The notes beneath the pieces are model-generated. The model had not been told where the DNA came from. It made no database searches and saw only the letters and a list, made by a program, of their open reading frames with translations. 64,000 nucleotides of DNA from Mobula hypostoma (taxonomy: Eukaryota): contig NC_086107.1 in the NCBI RefSeq assembly GCF_963921235.1, positions 107,944,001 through 108,008,000 of the forward strand, read 5' to 3'. Each line of letters begins with the position of its first letter. Position 1 is the first letter of the stretch. Positions 10,306-23,006 of this stretch are shown in pieces. The position numbers and the translations under genes were made by a program.

Positions 10306-11339
10306 TATACGTTGTTCAATTAAGCATTCTTGTTTGTTTAAATAATTAATTATAAGATCATAACACCATAGGACATAGGAGCAGAATTAGGCTATTTGGC
10401 CCATCGAGTCTGCTCCACCATTCAATCATGGCTAATCCTTTTTTCTCTCCTCCTCAACCCCATTTCTCAGCCTTCTCCCTGTTATAGATTATATGTAAAA
10501 ATACTTCGTGACTTTCTTTGAATTAATTTAATGTTTTAAAGTTACAAAACATAGCAATCTGCAAAGCAGCTTTCTCCCTTCTAAACAACTTACTCTATTC
10601 AGCACCAGCTTTGTATAATGACAGTGCTAATCTGAAGCTATCATGTCTATTCTGTTGTATTTATTAATATTATTATTAATTCTATTGTATTTCTTGTTTT
10701 CCTGCAAGAAAATGAATGTCAAGGTAGTGCATGGTAAACACAAGACTATTTATTGTCATTTTTCAGTCCATGAGTGCAAAGGAGAATGGAATGATTTTTA
10801 CTCTTGATATGCTGCTGCATAAAAAAACCAATACGCATAAAAAACACAGAAAAAAAACCCCAAAATCTCACAATAAATATAAATATAAAAGCAACCAATA
10901 TCTATCATATGCACTTTGACAAGAAATTTACTTTGAACTCTATTATCCGTATGCAACATATGTTAAAACCAAGCACGTTTTTTTCATTAGGGGCATATTT
11001 TTGACACTCTGTCCAGTGATCACATTTTTCAGAGTAAATATGGTCGGAGGAATTTACAGTTAAATCTAGCTATGTAAACTTGCATGAAATAATTTCACCT
11101 TCCAGCACCACCCGCCATACCACCACATGCTTCTGAGCTGTCTCCCATTTCTTGAATTCACACTGCGGGGAAAGATCTAATCACCTGAAGTGAGGCAGTG
11201 ATACAGCCTGACCTCTGTTGCTGACCATTTGGGGTCTGCTCATTCTCCCGGTGACTCTGTGGGTTTATTCCGGAAGCTCCAGTTTCCTCCTGCATCCCAA
11301 GGCTTTTGGGGGTTGGTTGGCTAATTGCCCATTGTTAGA

Positions 11340-11692
11340 GAAACATAGAAAACCTACCAGCGCAATACAGTCCCTTTGGCCCACAAAGCTGTGCCAAACA
11401 TATCCTTACCTTAGAATTACTTAGCCTTCTATTTTTCTAAGCTCCACGTACCTATCCAGGAGTCTCTTAAAAGACCCTATCATATCCGCCTCCACCACTG
11501 TCACAGGCAGTCCATTCCACACACTCACCACTCTCTGCATAAAAAACTTACCCCTAACATCTCCTCTGTACCTACTGCCAAGCACCTTAAAACTGTGCCC
11601 TCTCGTGCTAGCCATCTCAACCCTGGGAAAAAGCCTCTGACTATCCACACGATCAATGCCTCTCATCATCTTATACACCTCTATCAGGTCGG
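11340..11692 (-). mobile_element. CR1-like LINE 3' end, inserted in a V-SINE (~11190-11810)
   Basis: ORF 11421-11678(-): YKMMRGIDRVDSQRLFPRVEMASTRGHSFKV...FFMQRVVSVWNGLP. Confidence 0.85.
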
Positions 11693-11814
11693 TTGTTAAT
11701 TGCTTCTGGTGTGTAGGTAAGTGGTCAGATGAGAAAGTGGGGGAAATAGAACAAAAGTGGGATTAATGTAGGCTTACAGATATAGGCATGGTAGCCGGTT
11801 TCCATAATGCGTCA

Positions 11815-12528
11815 TAAATACAAGAGATTCTGCAGATGCTGGAGACCTACACACAAGATGCTGGAGGAACTCAGCAGGTCAGGCAGCATCTGTGGAAATG
11901 AATGAGCAGTCAATGTTTAGGGCTGAGACCCTTCAACAGGACTGGAAAGGAAGGGAGAAGATGCCAGAATAAAAAGATGGAGGGAATGGGAAGGAGGCTA
12001 GCTGGAAGGAGATAAGTGAAGCCAGGTGGGACGGAAAGGTAAAGGGCTGAAGAAGAAGGAATCTGATAGGAGAGGAGAAAGACTGTGGGAGAAAGGGAAG
12101 GAGGAGGGGACCCAGGGGGAAGTGATAGGCAGGTGAGAAGAGGTAAAAGGCCAGAGTCGGGAATAGAAGAGGGGGGGAGGTATTTTTCTACTGGAAGGAG
12201 AAGTTGATATTCATGCCATCAAGTTGGAGAGTACTCAGATGGAATATAAGGTGATGCTCCTCCACCCTGTAAGTGGTCTCCTCTTGGCACAAGAGGAGGA
12301 CGTGGACTGATGCGTTGGAATGGAAATAGGAACTGAAGTTAAAATGCTTGGCCACTGGGAAGTTCCGCTTGGGACGGATGGAGCGGAAGTGCTTGACGAA
12401 GCAGTCGCCCAATTTACGACGGGTTTCACCAAGGTAGAGGGGGCCGCATCGGGAGGACTGGACACAATAGACGGCCCCAGCAGGTTTTCAGGTGAAGCGT
12501 TGCCTCACTTGGAAGGACTGTTTGACTC
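11815..12528 (-). mobile_element. Penelope-like element 3' part (GIY-YIG remnant, pLTR, degenerate hammerhead at ~11908-11944)
   Basis: ORF 12188-12412(-): GDCFVKHFRS...PVAKHFN...EEHHLIFHLSTLQLDGMNINFS. Confidence 0.8.
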
Positions 12529-12644
12529 AGGGTAGGGGGACGTTCATTTAGAACGGAGATGGGGAGGGATTTCTGCAGCTAGGTCGTGGTGTGTAGAAGA
12601 GCATCTCTGAACACACACCTAATAAAGTGGCCACCGACTACGCA

Positions 12645-13055
12645 AATCTTCCGAGAAGACCACGACCTTGTTGTCGAGCTTGGAGCCTTGCTATGCTGGA
12701 TGGAGTCAGGGTTTTATACTTCGGTTGTTGGTAGGCTCACCTGTGCCAAGCAGGTCAAAGGGCAGAGGCCAGACTAATAGTGGTCCACCGGTCCTCCAGG
12801 TTCGGGGGCTCAGCTCAGGACTAACAACTCTGACTGGACAACAAAACAATTGCTATGGAAACGGCAATGAAGATTCCTTCTACATCTGAGTGCGATGGTA
12901 TTCCTGAGCCCCCACCCAGGATTTGCTTGGCTGGCAGTAGTGAAAGCGTAGGGGAAGCTACTGACACGACGAAGGAAGCCCTGAACACCGCCAGAGATGG
13001 AGGACCTTCATTGCTGCCCGAAACGCCAGCCGCGTAATGGGCAGGAAGTGAGTAT
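12645..13055 (+). mobile_element. RTE-derived bipartite non-autonomous element (family B)
   Basis: RTE-like 5' UTR motif ggtaggctcacc..gccaagcaggtcaaagggcagaggccagactaa; reverse-complement copies at 23680-24105 and 52140-52347. Confidence 0.6.
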
Positions 13056-14374
13056 GTAATCTATTCAGACGGAATTTTTATTGATATGCATTTGGTACGT
13101 CCACACATAATTACATAAGCATAATAACTGACCCTCTATGATTGAGATATACATTACCCTTCCCAACCGTACAAACTTTTCGTGTTCAACAGCTTGTCAT
13201 CCTGATGAGATGTTGAAAGCAAGCCCAGTCTTCCCTCTGAGGTGAATGTGAAAAGGTTCCCCCCCCCCCCCCGGTTTGTGAGGAAGATATTCTCACTAAT
13301 TAATTCCCCCTAAGTTAGCTTACCAAAGAGAACAGAGAGTTGGTGTCTTGCAGAGCAGCTGGGATCTTGCCATGCACAATCTGACTGCCTTGCTTCCCGC
13401 TTTACAAGTGTCGACACTTCAAAAGGAGCTCCATTAGTCATGGAGCAATTGGGGACGCCGAGAGAAGCTTCAGAATATAAAGACCTTTTATTTAAAAGTC
13501 AAATAGCGTCCTTCCATTCTGAGACTTCCTGAAGAGAAAGGGAATGTTGGACTATTTGCAATGCGCTTTGAACAGCCAGCACAGGAAAGATGGGCCAAAC
13601 AGCCTCTTTCTTTGGCCTGTTATTCAGAGGTTTATGTAAGTCGGAGCATCGTCAGACCCGCAAGTTAAGAGCAGTCGCAACAGTTGGGTGTCAGAGGACT
13701 CTAAAAGTGATATATATACTTGTCACCAGGGGCTGCCTTTAAAAGGGATTCTAAATCTCCCAACAAAAGAGCAAAGGCCACTTGACATCAACAAAATGAT
13801 TCTGATTAACCTCTGGCTAATTAACGCAGTGGAGGTTAGGGCAGGACCACATTTTACACCCCTTCTCACTGGGAGATCATGTGGCTCCCCACTGTGCAGT
13901 AACTCATGTCAGGCTCAGATCAGAGGACACGAGACACGGGAGGAAGACAATTAAACTGTTATCTGGGGCAGGGAGGTCACGCACATTAAATTAGGGACTG
14001 TCAACTAAGGTGCAGGTACAGCTGCGGAAGAGTGTCCCTCTTGTTACGGCCAGTCAGAAATGTCTTAGAGCAACTCGTGGGATTAACCGTCACTTCATTT
14101 AGTTGGGGTAGGGGGAGTGAGGGGAGAGATGTTTTACAAGACAGCATGGGTGTGGGGAGTGAAGGAAGCAACAGAAAGTAAATTGGATGCTGCCAGTTCT
14201 CCCACTTTGATCCTTCCCTCTCTGCGTTTGAAATCTTGCATTCTGATCGCCAAACTGTTAGATACAAAAAAAAACAGAATTGCTTATGAAGTTTTAACCT
14301 TTAATACTAGAGAGTTTAAATATAAAGCCCTGGTTAGAGTTCGTCTTGAGGTCTGCGTATGTACATGCCACATG

Positions 14375-14940
14375 ACACAGATAGATACAATATTGATCCC
14401 AAAGAAAATTACAGTGTTGTCGTAGCATTACAAGTGCATGGATAAAAATGTTAGAAGATAAGTAGAAAGAATAAAAAGTATGTTACCACAAACAGCTTAA
14501 CAGGAGGGGTCATCACTTCCCTGGCTATAGATTGACTCATTATAGAGCCTAATGGCCGAGGGTAAGACTGACCTCATATAGCACCCTTGCAGCAGTGCAG
14601 TTGCCTTAGTCTATGAAACAGTGCTCCTCTCTTCAGCCAAGGTGGCAGGCAGAGGGTGAGAAATGTTGTCCAGAACGCCAGGATTTTCCGAAGGGTCCTT
14701 TCTTGTACTGCAGCCAGTACGACCAGTTTGACTCCGATAACAGAGCCAGACTTTCTAATCAGAGCCTGCTGGCAGCACCCGTGTTGATGCCATTGCCCCA
14801 GCACACCACCGCATAGAAGATTGTTCTGGCAACGGCAGATTTGTAGAACCTGTGAAGGAGGGGCCGGCACACTCCAAAGGACTTCAGTCTCCTCAGGAAG
14901 TAGAGGTGACTCTGGCCCTTCTTGTACACAGCCTCGTATG
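14375..14940 (-). mobile_element. Rex1/Babar-like LINE 3' fragment
   Basis: ORF 14759-14944(-): AVYKKGQSHLYFLRRLKSFGVCRPLLHRFYKSAVARTIFYAVVCWG. Confidence 0.8.
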
Positions 14941-15529
14941 ACATGTATATTACAACGCCCTCGTTAAAATATAAGACATAGGTACAGAATTAGGCCATTC
15001 AGCCCATAAAATCTGCTCCACCATTCCATCATGGCTGATTTATTATCCCTCTCTACCCCTTACTCCAGCCTTCTCCCCGTAACCTTTGGCACCCCGGCTA
15101 ACCAAGAACCTATCCATCTTCTTTTTAAATATACCCGATGACTTGGCCTCCATAGTTGTTCGTGGCAATGAATTCCACAGGTTCATTTTTGGTTATGTGG
15201 CTGCTGTGTACATACAAAGCCCTGATTTGATGATCCCGAGATCAGTGTACATACATGTTACATACGGTGTACATATCCTGCTTAGAAGATCTTGAGGTCA
15301 GTGTACATACATGGAACATGCAATGTACAAATAAAATTCTGCTTAGATGACCTTGAGGTCAATGGGCATAGTGAACTTGGCATAATATATCAACATAAAG
15401 ACAGAAAGTGCTAATTCACTCTGCAGGTCAGGCAGCATCTATGGAAAGAGAGACAGGGTTAACATTTCAGGTTGAAGGCCCTTCAACAGAAATGTTTTGA
15501 TGAATGTGTTTTCTAAATTTTAATTTGTT

Positions 15530-15800
15530 TTATTTTAGGGAACACCAAACGGGCCTCTCCAGCTCAGCAATCCACTGATACCAATTTAACCCAATCAGGA
15601 CAACTCACAGTGACCGGTTACCCTACTAACCGGTACGTCTTTGGATTGTGGGAGGAAACCGGAGCACTTGGAGGAAACCCACACGCACACTTGAGGAACA
15701 CACAAACTTTCTTAGAGAGGAGGATGGAATTGAACTCTGAACTCTAGCGTCCCGAGCTCTAATAGCGTTGTGCTAACCACTACACCACCATGGCACCCAA
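15530..15800 (-). mobile_element. HE1/V-SINE-like tRNA-derived SINE
   Basis: tctttggattgtgggaggaaaccggagcac...ggaggaaacccac; A-box-like ggtgtagtggttagc on the minus strand. Confidence 0.75.
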
Positions 15801-16300
15801 AACCTGGAGTCCATGTGTTACTGACCTGATACAACTCTGCATTAATTAAGTGGATGGTGATACCCACTCAAAATATTTAAACATCCAGATGAGCATTTAC
15901 AGTGCTAATACATAGAAGATTTTGGACCAAGTGCTGGCATGTAGGATTAATATAAATAGGCACAGGGTGGTCAGAACAGATGCGATAGGCCAAAGGGCCA
16001 GCTTCTGTGTTGTATGACTCTACAGGTTTACAACCTAATTCATCTCCTCCATGAGGCCAATAGTAATCCCCCACTCAACATTAACGAGTTTCAAGTTTCA
16101 AGTTTAGTTATCATTCATCCAATATATGAAACAGTGTTCCTCTGGGGCCAAGATGCAAAACACAGTACCACCAGCACACAGCACACTCCACTTAGCACGT
16201 ATGGTTATGACTTCAGAACAATATATAGTCACAAAGAGAAAAAAATACTATCGCCCAAGTCCCCGAGTTGTCTTGGTCCAGTTTGTTCTTCCACCAAGCG

Positions 16301-16413
16301 AACACCAGAGGCAGCACCGAACTAACACTGGAGGGCAGCACTGAGCTAACACTGGAGAGCAGCACTGAGCTAACACCAGAGGGCAGTACTGAGCGAACAC
16401 CAGAGGGCAGCAG
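16301..16413 (+). repeat. 24-bp minisatellite, about 4.7 units
   Basis: Unit aacacYRgagggcagcactgagct starting at 16301, 16324, 16348, 16372 and 16396. Confidence 0.9.
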
Positions 16414-16814
16414 CAATCAGAGGGGCCAGCCCCCAACCCAGAACAAAATCCAGCAGCACACATCCAGCTCCGGGCCTCTCCTTTGCCGATGACCGCAACA
16501 GGCGGGTCCGAGGCATGTGGGCCTTCTCCACGCCACAACCACAGCTCCCTTGCCGTCAGTCCCTCCAATGAAGCAGTGAAGCAGGCTTGCAGTATTCTAT
16601 GTTACCAATGTCAGACAGGATCCCAGTGTCGAACGTGGGGGCTTTCTCTGCGCAAGTTGTCTGTTGGGTTTCCGACATGACAACAGTAACTCTGTTTCAA
16701 TGGCTCTAAAGCAGTTTCTGAAGCAGTATAAGGTTCTATAGAAATGACATCTCCATTCCCATGGACCCCAATTTTTATCGCTGAACCATAGAAAGTGTTC
16801 CCTCTGAACACGTA

Positions 16815-17310
16815 ACACTTTGGTAGGCAACTGCTCTGCATGCCATCGCACGAAACTGCGGAGTTGTGGATGCAGCTCACCATATCACAGGGTCCAGCTT
16901 CCCCTCTATGGACTCTGTCTACTTCTCGCTGCCTCAGTAAAGTGTACTGAAAGACCTCACCCACCCGCACATTCTCTCTACTCCCCTCTCCCATCAGGCA
17001 GAAGATACAAAAGCCTGGACTCACACACCACCAGGTTCGAGGACAGCTTCTATCCCGTCGTCACCAGAATCTTGAACGGACCTCTTGTACACTGAGATGG
17101 ACTCTTGACCTCACAATCGACCCCGCTATATTGTTTACCTGAACTGCTCTTTCCCTGTAGATTTTATACTTCATACGGCATTGATACTGTTTGACCTTGT
17201 TCTCCTTCAGTGCACTGTGTGATGATCTGATCTGTATGAACGGTATGCAAGGCAGGCTTTCCACTGTATTTTGGTACATATGACAAAGTTATCAATATCA
17301 GTACCAATAC
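16815..17310 (+). mobile_element. Rex1/Babar-like LINE 3' fragment
   Basis: HPPAHSLYSPLPSGRRYKSLDSHTTRFEDSFYPVVTRILN. Confidence 0.8.
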
Positions 17311-17379
17311 CAAGTTTTTATTTCACGATAAGCACAGAGTAGGCCTTTCTGGCCCTTTGAGACATGTCACTCCAACAAA

Positions 17380-17880
17380 CTCATGACAAAGTGGATACTA
17401 TAGAGAGAGAGAGAGAGCTGCGGAGATTTACAAGGATGTTGCCTGGATTGGAGGGCGTACCTTATGAGAATTGGTTGAGTGAACTTGGCCTTTTCTCCAT
17501 GGAACGACGGAGGATGAGAGGTGACCTGATAGAGGTGTATAAGTTGATGAGAGGCATTGATTGTGTGGATAGCCAGAGGCTTTTTCCCAGGGCTGAAATG
17601 GATAACACGGTGGGGGGGGGCTAGTTTTAAGATGCTTGGAAATAGGTACTGAGGGGATAGCAGGGGTAAGCTTTTCACACAGAGAGTGGCGGGTGCGTGG
17701 AATGCACTGCCAGTGGCGGTGGCAGAAACAGATACAATAGGGTACGTGGAGCTTAGAAAAATAGAAGGCTATGTGGTGGGGAAATTCTAGGCAATTTCTA
17801 GAGTAGGTTACATGGTTAGCACAACATTGTGGGCCGAAGGGCCTGCAATTTGCAGTAGATTTCTATGTTCTATGTTCTAA
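17380..17880 (+). mobile_element. CR1-like LINE 3' fragment
   Basis: RRFTRMLPGLEG..YE..LSELGLFSMERRRMRGDLIEVYK; ttctatgttctatgttcta tail. Confidence 0.85.
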
Positions 17881-17949
17881 ACCTGATTAACCTAATCACG
17901 GAACAACTTGCATTGTTCCCTGGATTCTGGATCCCCAGTTGAGACCTCC

Positions 17950-18325
17950 GTTGGTCAAGGTTGACCGCGGATGTTTCGTACGAGCTGTCTAGATACACAA
18001 GCCTGGGCAGTACATAATGGAGAGCAAGCTGTTGCCAGGGCAACAAGCTCCCCCTCTCTACGCATCTGATGAGCCCAAAGGAATGGCAGAGGCAAATGCA
18101 GTTTGGTACCAGTGGTGTCACAGGAATTGCCAGTCAGCGTTGAACTCAACATAGGACTGCCTTAGGGACTCCAGCTTTGGTTTTTTGTCCCTCGAGGTTT
18201 GCTCCAAGGCCAGGAGCTGGACTTGGTTGTCAGAGGCTATTTGAGATGCACACCATGGGAGCATTTAACAGGAAGAGGGAGCTTAACCCCACTACCACCC
18301 CCGGCTATGACAACCTTAAGGCTGC
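17950..18325 (-). mobile_element. Non-coding repeat, family C (possibly RTE 5'-UTR derived)
   Basis: Collinear with 59533-60095 and 62195-62620 (ggagagcaagctgttgcc; ggttgtcagaggctatttgag). Strand and origin are inferred. Confidence 0.55.
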
Positions 18326-18429
18326 TGGATCAAAGTGTCTGCAGCTCTCATCACAGTCTCTTCCCCTTCCTTATCTCTGTACCTCCTGTAGCACACAACC
18401 CTCAGGGAATGGCTGGCATCTTATATATT

Positions 18430-18660
18430 GGGAGATATAGCATGACAACAGTTCCTTCCAGCCCAGCAAGCTCTCACTGCCCAACTGCACCCACGTGACC
18501 AATTAAGGTCCCAACCGGTACATGTTTGAAATGTGGGGGGAGACCAGAGCACCCAGGGGAACCCCTCGTGGTCACAGGGAGAACGTAGAAATTCTTTATT
18601 TCCCCCGGGCCGCTGGCTCAATATTAGCATTACGCTAACTGCTACTCTACTGTGCTACAC
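18430..18660 (-). mobile_element. HE1/V-SINE-like SINE
   Basis: ccagagcacccaggggaaccc..tggtcacagggagaacgtag, the reverse complement of the central domain. Confidence 0.65.
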
Positions 18661-18679
18661 CCCTACCTTGCTCCTTGTC

Positions 18680-19715
18680 AGGAATGAGGAGTCTGAGGAG
18701 ATTTGGTATGTCACCAAAGATTTAGACCCCCCTCCCCCCGAGAGCATTCGGTTGCATCACCGTCTGGTATGGAGGGGTCGGAAAAAGCTGCAGAGGGTTA
18801 CAGGCTCCGTTACAGGCTCTAGCCTCTCTAGCATTGAAAGCATCTTTAAAAGGCCTTGGCTCAACAAGGCAGCATCCATCGTTAAGGACCCTCGTCACCC
18901 GGGACATGCTCTCTTCTCATTGCTACCATCAGGGAGGAGGTCCAGGAGCCTGAAGACACACGCCCAACAATTCAGGAACAGCTTCTTCCCCTCTGCCGTC
19001 AGATTTCTAAATGGACATTGAACCCATGAACATTACTTCAGTATTTTTGCTCTTGTTTCACTACTTTGCTGCCCCTGTTATTGAGAATCTCCGGAGGGGA
19101 AGGCCCCGAATCCTCGGCTTTGCCTATTGCCTGTTGCCGGGGCCGGGGTCAAAGCGCTCAGCAGAGATGGTGCTCAGTGCTCGGTGTCGGAGAGCTGGTC
19201 AGAGACTCGAAGTTTTCGGACGGACTCAAGAGTCGGACTGTGGTTGGATGCTTCCGGGATGCTGCATCGGCAAGTTTGAGGTGCTGGAAGCTCATGGCAG
19301 AAAGAGTTTTCTTCCTTCTACCGTCTGTGTGAGATGATGGGACTTCCGAGAGACTTTGATGCTTCTTTGTACCATGCCCGTGGTCTGTTCTTCATCAAGT
19401 TATGGTATTGCTTTGCACTGTTGTAACTATATGTTATAATTATGTGGTTTTTGTCATTTTTTTAGTCTTGGTTTGTCTTGTGTTTCTGTGATATCATTCT
19501 GGAGGAACATTGTATCATTTCTTAATGCATGCATTACTAAATGACAATAAAAGAGGACTGCGTGTCCTCATAATCTAATCTAAAATCTAATCTACTTATT
19601 TCCTTTTAATACGTATCTATTATTATAATGTCTAAAATGTTTTATGTGCTGCTGCACGACTGTCGCAAACACCAATTTGCAGGACAGATGTCGAAGATGT
19701 ATATCTGATTCTGAT
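18680..19715 (+). mobile_element. Rex1/Babar-like fragment interrupted by a family A element
   Basis: KAASIVKDPRHPGHALFSLLPSGRRSRSLKTHAQQFRNSFFPSAVRFLN; 3' UTR resumes after 19593. Confidence 0.75.
19066..19593 (+). mobile_element. Family A non-coding retroelement, 5'-truncated
   Basis: Ends aaatgacaataaaagaggactgcgtgtcctcataatctaatctaaaatctaatct. Confidence 0.8.
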
Positions 19716-19909
19716 GCTGAATTGTGCTGTGTTCCGGTTTCCTCGTACCTTCCAAAGGTGTGGCTAGGGTGTGTGAGGTGTTAGGATTAGAATTATGTGG
19801 AAAACCCAATTTCCCTCGGGATCAATAAAGTCTATCTATCTATCTATCTATCTACATTGGTGCTGGAAGCAGGTCACCAGCACATTGCAAATGATGAGCA
19901 TATCAATGC

Positions 19910-20512
19910 AGCTATAAAGAAGAAATGATAGCAGCTACATTTCATTAGGAGCTTGAGGAGGTTTGGTATGCCACCAAAAACAGTCGCGAATTTCTACCGA
20001 TGTACTGAGAAGAGCGTTCTAAATGGCTGCCTCACCGTCTAGTATGGAGGGCGGGTGTTACTGCGCAGGATTAAAGTAACCTGCAGAGAGTTGTAAACTT
20101 TGTCAGCTCCATCACGGGCACGAGCCTCCAGTATCCAGGACATCTTCGAGGAGCAATGTCTCAAAAAGGCAGCGTCCATCATTAAGGTCCCCATCACCCA
20201 GGACATGCCTTGTTCTCATTGCTACTATCAGGTAGGAGGTACAGGAGCCTGAAGGCACACACTCAACGATTCAGGAACAGCTTCTTCCCCTCCGCTATCC
20301 GGTTTCTGAATGAGCATTGAAACCATGAACACTACCTCATTTCCTTTCTTATTTCTACTTTTGCACTAGTTATTTAATGTAACTATTATATATCTACATT
20401 TACTGTAATTCACAGTTTTTTCTCTATTATTATGTATTGCATTGTACCCGTGTCACAAAAACAACAAATTTCACGACATATGTTGGTGATATTAAACCTG
20501 ATTCAGATTCTG
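19910..20512 (+). mobile_element. Rex1/Babar-like LINE 3' fragment
   Basis: FIRSLRRFG...NFYRCTEKSVLNGCLTV...RFRNSFFPSAIRFLN; cctgattcagattctga tail. Confidence 0.8.
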
Positions 20513-20869
20513 ATGCAAAACGACACATTTCACTATGGGTTTTGAAGTACTTGTGACAAATAAAACTAATCTCTAATTTCCATAGATACGATTCTTAAAA
20601 AGCTATCTCTTTGTCTAAACTTTCATCCTCATATCTCCATAAATATGGGGGGAAAAGCCTTAAAATCCTCAAAGAGTGATTGTTATATTTAAATATTTAC
20701 CATATTACTGTTAAGCGTCTGAAATAAGGAGTGGCTCATCTTGTGGTGGATATTGCTCTGATTCTTGCGGTCTTTCCTTAAGCCTTTAATAATTTTTCTT
20801 GAACTATCTCTTGATTTTATAACCACTAATTCAGCCACTCAGCATCTCCCGTTCTCTCCCCTCCCACCC

Positions 20870-21590
20870 GGAGTTAATTGATTTCATTACCAAGATTTTA
20901 ATTAAAAACTTGTCAACAGATCTCAGTAATAAGGCAAGGAAGGAGTCGTCCTCACAAAATCTTTCATGAGCCGAGTATTTCAATTAGGGTGACACAGGGA
21001 CCTGGCGACCTTTGCATTGGATGATTAAAGCGACCCCGTGCTGGCGGAGGGAGGTGGGGGCGGGGAAGGGTTGTCTGGGCCTGGTTTGGACCACAGTCTC
21101 CCATTGTTCATTGTCCACGCACAATCGCCCGCTTTAACACTGGCCGATTGTTCCCAGGCCCATTACCCGGGCTCCTCTCCGCCAGCCCTTCATTCCACAA
21201 GACTTTATTAGCCCGCGATGCTGCTGACTTGCTCTGTTCCAGGGTTTTACCTTTCTCCTCTCCTTACGCCACTGTCCTCATCACCTCCCCCTCCCCCCCA
21301 AACCAACCCCCCCCTCCCCTCCCTCCCAGTGCTGCGTCGGACAATGCGGAGCCTGTGCGCTGCTCCCCTTCCTCCAGCTCATTGCGGAAACTCGAACCCA
21401 ATGCCGTCGGTCCGCTGGAGCGCCAAATACCTCTGGCCGATTAGCATCACAGATTCCAGCACTGAGTGTCGCTGTGCTCCACAGGTGGCATTGAATTCCA
21501 TTCCCCCCACGGCCGCCCCTGTCACCGACACCTGCAACACCAGACTGCGGGCCTTAACACACACCTTCCCGTTTGTGGGCACTCAGATGT
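20870..21590. promoter_or_regulatory. Candidate enhancer/promoter: transposon-free, GC/CpG-rich island
   Basis: CpGs retained; SOX-type CATTGT (21102, 21109), ACAAT (21121), ATTGTT (21147); GC box ggggcgggg at ~21057-21065; homeodomain-like TAAT sites at 20876-20905. Confidence 0.45.
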
Positions 21591-22877
21591 AAAACCCCTA
21601 AACCTCTGGGTTGTTCTGTGAAGTCACATCCCACCTAGCTCAAGGACAGCTTCTATTTTACGTTTATTTTTATTTTTATTTATTATTGAGATGAAGCGCA
21701 GACTAGGCCTTCCGGCCCTTTGAACCGAGCCGCCCAGCAATTCCCCCCATTTAACCCCACCCCAATCACGGGACAATTTACAATGACTAATTAACCTATC
21801 AACCGGTACGCCTTTGGACTGTGGGAGGAAACCAGAGCACCCGGAGGAAACCCACACATTCCACGGGGTGCGCGTGCAGACTCCTGACGGGTGACATCAG
21901 AATTGAACTCTGAACTCCGAAGCCCTGAGGTGTAGTAGCGTCGCGCTGATCGCTACGTTACCATGGTGCCCACGTGCTTCATTACCCCACTCGCGTGATT
22001 TTGTTAATTGTGTACGATCTCCGCTCCCTAGACACAGACTAGGCCTCTGCCAGCCAATTGTCTGAGGTAATTTTCAGCTTGTTTGCAGACAAGGTGTCAC
22101 CTTTGACCCTGGTGACATGTTTATTTATTTAGTGAGTCACAGCGTGGAGTAGGCCCCTTCTGGCCTTTTGAGCCACGTTGCCCAGGAATTCTGTATTCTG
22201 GTATTTCATTCCCTTGCATTATAATTTTATTTTAACTTTATTTTGAGATAGAGAGTGGAACAGGCCCTTCCGGCCTAACGAGCCACGTTGCCCAGCAACC
22301 CACCTATTTAACCTTTGCCTAATCACAGGACAGTTTACTATGGCCAGTTAAGCTACCAACCGGTGCGTCTTTGGACTCTGGGGGGAAACCCACACGGTCA
22401 CAGGGAGAATGTACAAACTCCTTACAGGCAAAGGTGGGAACGGAACCCAACGTTGGTTCTGTAAAGCGTTGTGATAACCACTGCACTACCACGCCACCCC
22501 ACTGCCGAGCAGACCTCTTGTAGTATCACACGGAACTATTGACCTCTCAATCTACCTCATCATTTAGGGCGTTGGCGACCTGGGTCCATTTCTGCCTCTG
22601 TAAGGAGCTTGCATGTTCTCCCCGTGATTGTGTGGGATCCCCTCCCTCCCCCCGCTCAGAGTCCAAAGACGTACCGGTTAATAGTTCCAGCTTCCTCCCT
22701 CATTACAAATGCATTCGGGCTAGTAGATTGATTGGTCACATGAGCTCGATGGGCTGGAAGGTCCTGTTCCTCTGCCTTATCTCTAAATAAAGAAAATGAA
22801 TTTCTTTGTGCCTTATTGTCTGCCTGCAATGAACTTTCTCTGTAACTGCTACGCTATATTCTGTTATAGAGACAGCC

Positions 22878-22965
22878 CAGTCCTGATGAAGGCTCTCGGC
22901 TTAAAACATCGGCTGTGCATTTCCCTCCACAGATGCTGCCTGACCTACTGCATACCCCAGCATTT
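22878..22965 (+). mobile_element. Penelope pLTR terminus with degenerate hammerhead
   Basis: cagtc-CTGATGA-aggctctcggctt-aaaa-catcggctg (GAAA lost), followed by agatgctgcctgacc. Confidence 0.65.
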
Positions 22966-22966
22966 C

Positions 22967-23006
<40 letters not shown>

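Noticed and set aside
16301..16413. CRISPR-like array
   Set aside because: Units are contiguous with no unique spacers, no cas genes are present, and the context is eukaryotic.
18066..18095. ctgatgagccc in family C (also ~59870 and ~62395) as a hammerhead
   Set aside because: No correctly placed GAAA, stem II or cleavage triplet follows.
21476..21492. CTCF site ctccacaggtggca
   Set aside because: Several mismatches in the 5' half of the core; more simply an E-box.
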